Origin: Dubosiella newyorkensis
Lineage (GTDB): Bacteria > Bacillota_I > Bacilli_A > Erysipelotrichales > Erysipelotrichaceae
Direction: 5' to 3'
DNA length: 8,068 nucleotides
NCBI RefSeq assembly: GCF_001945605.1
Contig: NZ_MPKA01000097.1
Location: 1 to 8,068 of the forward strand
Shown piece after piece: positions 5,569-8,068 of this stretch. A program made the translations under genes and the position numbers. Position 1 is the first letter of the stretch, and each line of letters opens with the position of its first letter. The notes beneath the pieces are model-generated. The model saw only the letters and a program-made list of their open reading frames with translations, had not been told where the DNA came from and searched no databases.

Positions 5569-6315
5569 TTATTTCGTTTTCTCGATAATCTCGATAAAGC
5601 TATCTGGTTTTAGACTAGCTCCACCAATGAGCGCGCCATCAATATCTTCTTGAGCCATATACTCTACGATATTTCCTGGCTTCACGCTTCCACCATATTG
5701 AATACGAACAGCATCTGCTGCTTCTTCTCCTACCATGTCTTTTACAACATCTCGAACAAGCTTGCAGCAATTTTCAGCAATTTCAACAGATGCGGATTTA
5801 CCTGTTCCAATCGCCCAAATTGGTTCATAAGCGATCACGATATTCTTATATTCTTCAGCAGGAATATCTTTGAGCGAACCATTCAATTGAGAAGTGATCA
5901 CATCTTTAGTTTTCCCCGCATCGTATTCCGCTTCTGTTTCACCAATGCATAAAATTGGCGTGATTCCAGCTGCCAATAATTTTTTAGCCTTTTTATTGAC
6001 AGTTTCATCTGTATCACCAAACATTTGACGTCGTTCACTATGACCAATGATGCAATATTTTACACCAAGCTCTTCAAGCATAGGGACACTTACTTCGCCC
6101 GTAAACGCTCCAGAATCTTCAAAATGAACATTTTCTGCAGCAACGATCAAGTTCTTCGCTTCGTCAAGAGCCGTTTTTAAATCCGTAAAAGGAACACCTA
6201 CGCCATAAAGGCCTTTATTTGTTTTTGCGACTGGATCAACGGCTTCAAAGAACGCCTTCGTTTCGGCGTTATTCTTGTTCATTTTCCAGTTTCCAACAAT
6301 AATGATATCTCTCAT
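5569..6315 (-). CDS. tpiA: Triose-phosphate isomerase
   Basis: The ORF is 248 aa. It has the catalytic motifs NWKMN, IGHSERR and AYEPIWAIGTG. The RBS AGAGG lies between the pgk stop (6328..6330) and ATG 6313..6315, in a 12-nt intergenic gap. Confidence 0.97.
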   Translation of the reverse strand: MRDIIIVGNWKMNKNNAETKAFFEAVDPVAKTNKGLYGVGVPFTDLKTALDEAKNLIVAAENVHFEDSGAFTGEVSVPMLEELGVKYCIIGHSERRQMFGDTDETVNKKAKKLLAAGITPILCIGETEAEYDAGKTKDVITSQLNGSLKDIPAEEYKNIVIAYEPIWAIGTGKSASVEIAENCCKLVRDVVKDMVGEEAADAVRIQYGGSVKPGNIVEYMAQEDIDGALIGGASLKPDSFIEIIEKTK

Positions 6316-6327
6316 GATCTTACCTCT

Positions 6328-7509
6328 TTACTTTTCTGAAATAACAGCGATACCTGGAAGAGTCTTTCCTTCCATATATTCAAGAGAAGCACCGCCACCA
6401 GTAGAAATATGCGAGAATTTATCCTGGAATCCTAATTGGATCGCAGCAGCAGCAGAGTCACCACCACCAATTACAGTGATCGCGTCTGGAAGTTCCGAGA
6501 TCGCTTCGCAAACAGCCAAAGTACCTTTTTCAAAGTTAGGCATTTCGAATACACCCATTGGACCATTCCATACAACTGTTTTTGCGCCCTTTAAAGTGTC
6601 TTTGAACAATTCGATCGATTTAGGTCCGATATCAAGACCCATCCAACCTTCTGGAATATCGCCTTCAACAACTTTGATGTTGGCGTCATTCGAGAATGCG
6701 TCAGCGATCACGTTATCGACAGGAAGTACGATCTTTCCTTTTCCTTTTTCAAGAGTGTCTTTTGCAAGTTGGATCTTATCCTCTTCAACTAAAGAGTTTC
6801 CAACGTTTTCTCCCATCGCTTTCAAGAATGTATAAGCCATTCCTCCACCTACGATAACTTTATCCGCTTTCGCAAGCATATTTTCGATCACGCCGATCTT
6901 ATCGGAAACTTTCGCTCCACCGATGATTGCTACAAAAGGATGTGCTGGTTCATCGACAGCTTTTCCTAACATATCTACTTCTTTTTCAACAAGGAAACCA
7001 AGTCCGTTTTCTGCAATATTACTTGGGATACCTACAGTTGAAGCATGTGCGCGGTGTACAGAACCAAATGCGTCTTCTACGAATACATCACCTAGGCTAG
7101 CCCAATACTTACCAAGTTCTTCATCGTTTTTGCTTTCGCCTTTTTCATAACGAGTGTTTTGAACGAGTAAGATCTCACCATCTTTAAGATCCGCAACATC
7201 TTTTTCAAGTTCAGGTCCACGAGTAACTGGGCAGAATGTTACTTTTGTACCAGGAAGAAGCTCAGCAAGACGAGCACCTACAACATCCAAATTGTTTTTT
7301 GCTTTATCTTCTTCGGTTTTTACTTTTCCAAGATGGGACATTAAGATCACTTTCGCGTTGTTCTCCAACAAATATTTGATTGTTGGAAGAGCTTGAATGA
7401 TTCGATTGTCATTCGTGATTTTTCCATCTTTACGCGGTACGTTAAAGTCACAACGAACGATGACTCTTTTACCAGCAACGTTAAGATCCTTGACAGTTTT
7501 CTTTGCCAT
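6328..7509 (-). CDS. pgk: Phosphoglycerate kinase
   Basis: The ORF is 393 aa and looks like PGK over its full length ([62 protein letters not shown]). A strong RBS (AGGAGG) precedes ATG 7507..7509. Confidence 0.97.
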   Translation of the reverse strand: MAKKTVKDLNVAGKRVIVRCDFNVPRKDGKITNDNRIIQALPTIKYLLENNAKVILMSHLGKVKTEEDKAKNNLDVVGARLAELLPGTKVTFCPVTRGPELEKDVADLKDGEILLVQNTRYEKGESKNDEELGKYWASLGDVFVEDAFGSVHRAHASTVGIPSNIAENGLGFLVEKEVDMLGKAVDEPAHPFVAIIGGAKVSDKIGVIENMLAKADKVIVGGGMAYTFLKAMGENVGNSLVEEDKIQLAKDTLEKGKGKIVLPVDNVIADAFSNDANIKVVEGDIPEGWMGLDIGPKSIELFKDTLKGAKTVVWNGPMGVFEMPNFEKGTLAVCEAISELPDAITVIGGGDSAAAAIQLGFQDKFSHISTGGGASLEYMEGKTLPGIAVISEK

Positions 7510-7542
7510 TATTAATCCTCCTATGAATTATAAATCGGATAT

Positions 7543-7571
7543 ATTATACCACTCTGAAAAAAACATGACTA
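7543..7571 (-). promoter_or_regulatory. Sigma-A promoter with extended -10 for pgk-tpiA
   Basis: The minus strand reads TAGTCA (7571..7566), a 17-nt spacer ending in TGg, then TATAAT (7548..7543). The -10 box lies 33 nt upstream of the pgk ATG. Confidence 0.6.
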
Positions 7572-7618
7572 CATCAATTGTGGTATTTTTCACAAATGAA
7601 AGCATTAACAAATAGAGA

Positions 7619-7646
7619 AAAACAAAAAAGGATCTATAAAAGATCC
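7619..7646 (-). terminator. Rho-independent terminator after rlmH
   Basis: The minus strand reads GGATCT-tttat-AGATCC, a 6-bp stem (7646..7641 with 7635..7630), followed by TTTTTTGTTTTTC. It starts 5 nt after the rlmH stop (7651..7653). The stem is short, so the strength is probably moderate. Confidence 0.6.
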
Positions 7647-7650
7647 AATT

Positions 7651-8068
7651 TTACTTATGATAATTCCGATTCGCATCGATCATAAATGCTCGGTAGATCT
7701 GCTCTAGAATAAGAATACGCGTCATCAAATGCGTAAAAGTAAGATCTGAAAGCTTCCAGCGATGATCAGCCCGCTGCGCTAATTCTTTTGAAGGCCCTAA
7801 ACTTCCCGCAATCACGAACACGATCGATTTCCCTTCATCCCTTAATCTCTTCAGCCGCTTGGAAAACGATAAACTATCGTCCATAGTTCCATGTAAATCA
7901 AGTAAGATCACAAAATCAGAAGGTTTCAACTTTTCTAAAACCGGGAGTTTTACAGTTTGCAAAAACATAAGCCCCTTTTTCTTAAAATGTCCCATATAAT
8001 ATCAATCTCTTTTTCTTCTGGATACTTATTTGCTTTTTTTTCTCCTCTTTCGTGACAATGTCCTCTCA
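7651..8068 (-). pseudogene. rlmH: 23S rRNA (pseudouridine1915-N3)-methyltransferase RlmH (SPOUT family). The 3' two-thirds is intact, while the 5' part is in another frame and runs off the window.
   Basis: ORF 7651..7995 ends in ...VLEKLKPSDFVILLDLHGT...VFVIAGSLGPSKELAQRADHRWKLSDLTFTHLMTRILILEQIYRAF...NYHK. This is the typical RlmH core and C-terminus. The ORF is only 114 aa against about 155-160 for RlmH, and its frame has TGA and TAA stops just upstream of the ATG. Only the -1 related frame (codons 8066..7953) is open to the window edge. It reads ...ERGEKKANKYPEEKEIDIIWDILRKRG.... The switch would occur at the A5G4 run 7972..7980. Family identity is confident. The frameshift interpretation is moderate. 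Confidence 0.7.

Noticed and set aside
5650-7615. Plus-strand ORFs 5650..5952, 6275..6835 (186 aa), 6923..7150 and 7397..7615
   Set aside because: They are antisense to tpiA and pgk. The 186-aa ORF even spans the tpiA/pgk junction. They have no RBS and a Ser/Pro/Ile-rich shadow composition. The opposite strand encodes full-length conserved enzymes.

Overview
This 8.07-kb window looks like ordinary chromosomal sequence from a low-GC Gram-positive (Bacillota-like) organism. It has GGAGG-type ribosome binding sites (RBS) and hairpin-plus-T-tract terminators. Every credible gene is on the minus strand. In the direction of transcription (high to low coordinates) the layout is as follows. (1) rlmH, whose 5' part runs off the right edge and appears to be out of frame, followed by a terminator. 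(2) A promoter, pgk-tpiA and a strong terminator. (3) A promoter, a secreted NlpC/P60-type cell-wall hydrolase carrying a near-perfect 48-bp tandem repeat, and a terminator. (4) An extended -10 promoter and six tightly packed housekeeping genes, ispF-dtd-folD-DUF951-ychF-M50 protease, most with overlapping or abutting stop/start codons, followed by a terminator. (5) Three to four tandem near-consensus sigma-A promoters with A/T-rich upstream modules, firing off the left edge. I recognised no tRNA or rRNA gene, CRISPR array, transposase, integrase, toxin-antitoxin pair or defence-like gene. I do not see a convincing novel multi-gene system here. Four things deserve a second look. dtd is split by a 1-nt deficit in an A5 run. 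rlmH probably carries the same kind of lesion in the same AAAAAGG context, which suggests homopolymer sequencing error or, less likely, gene decay. The tandem promoter array with a boxA-like element looks like the leader of a stable-RNA or other highly expressed operon. The surface hydrolase has a repeat tract that could vary in length. All long plus-strand ORFs in the track lie antisense to conserved genes and are rejected.
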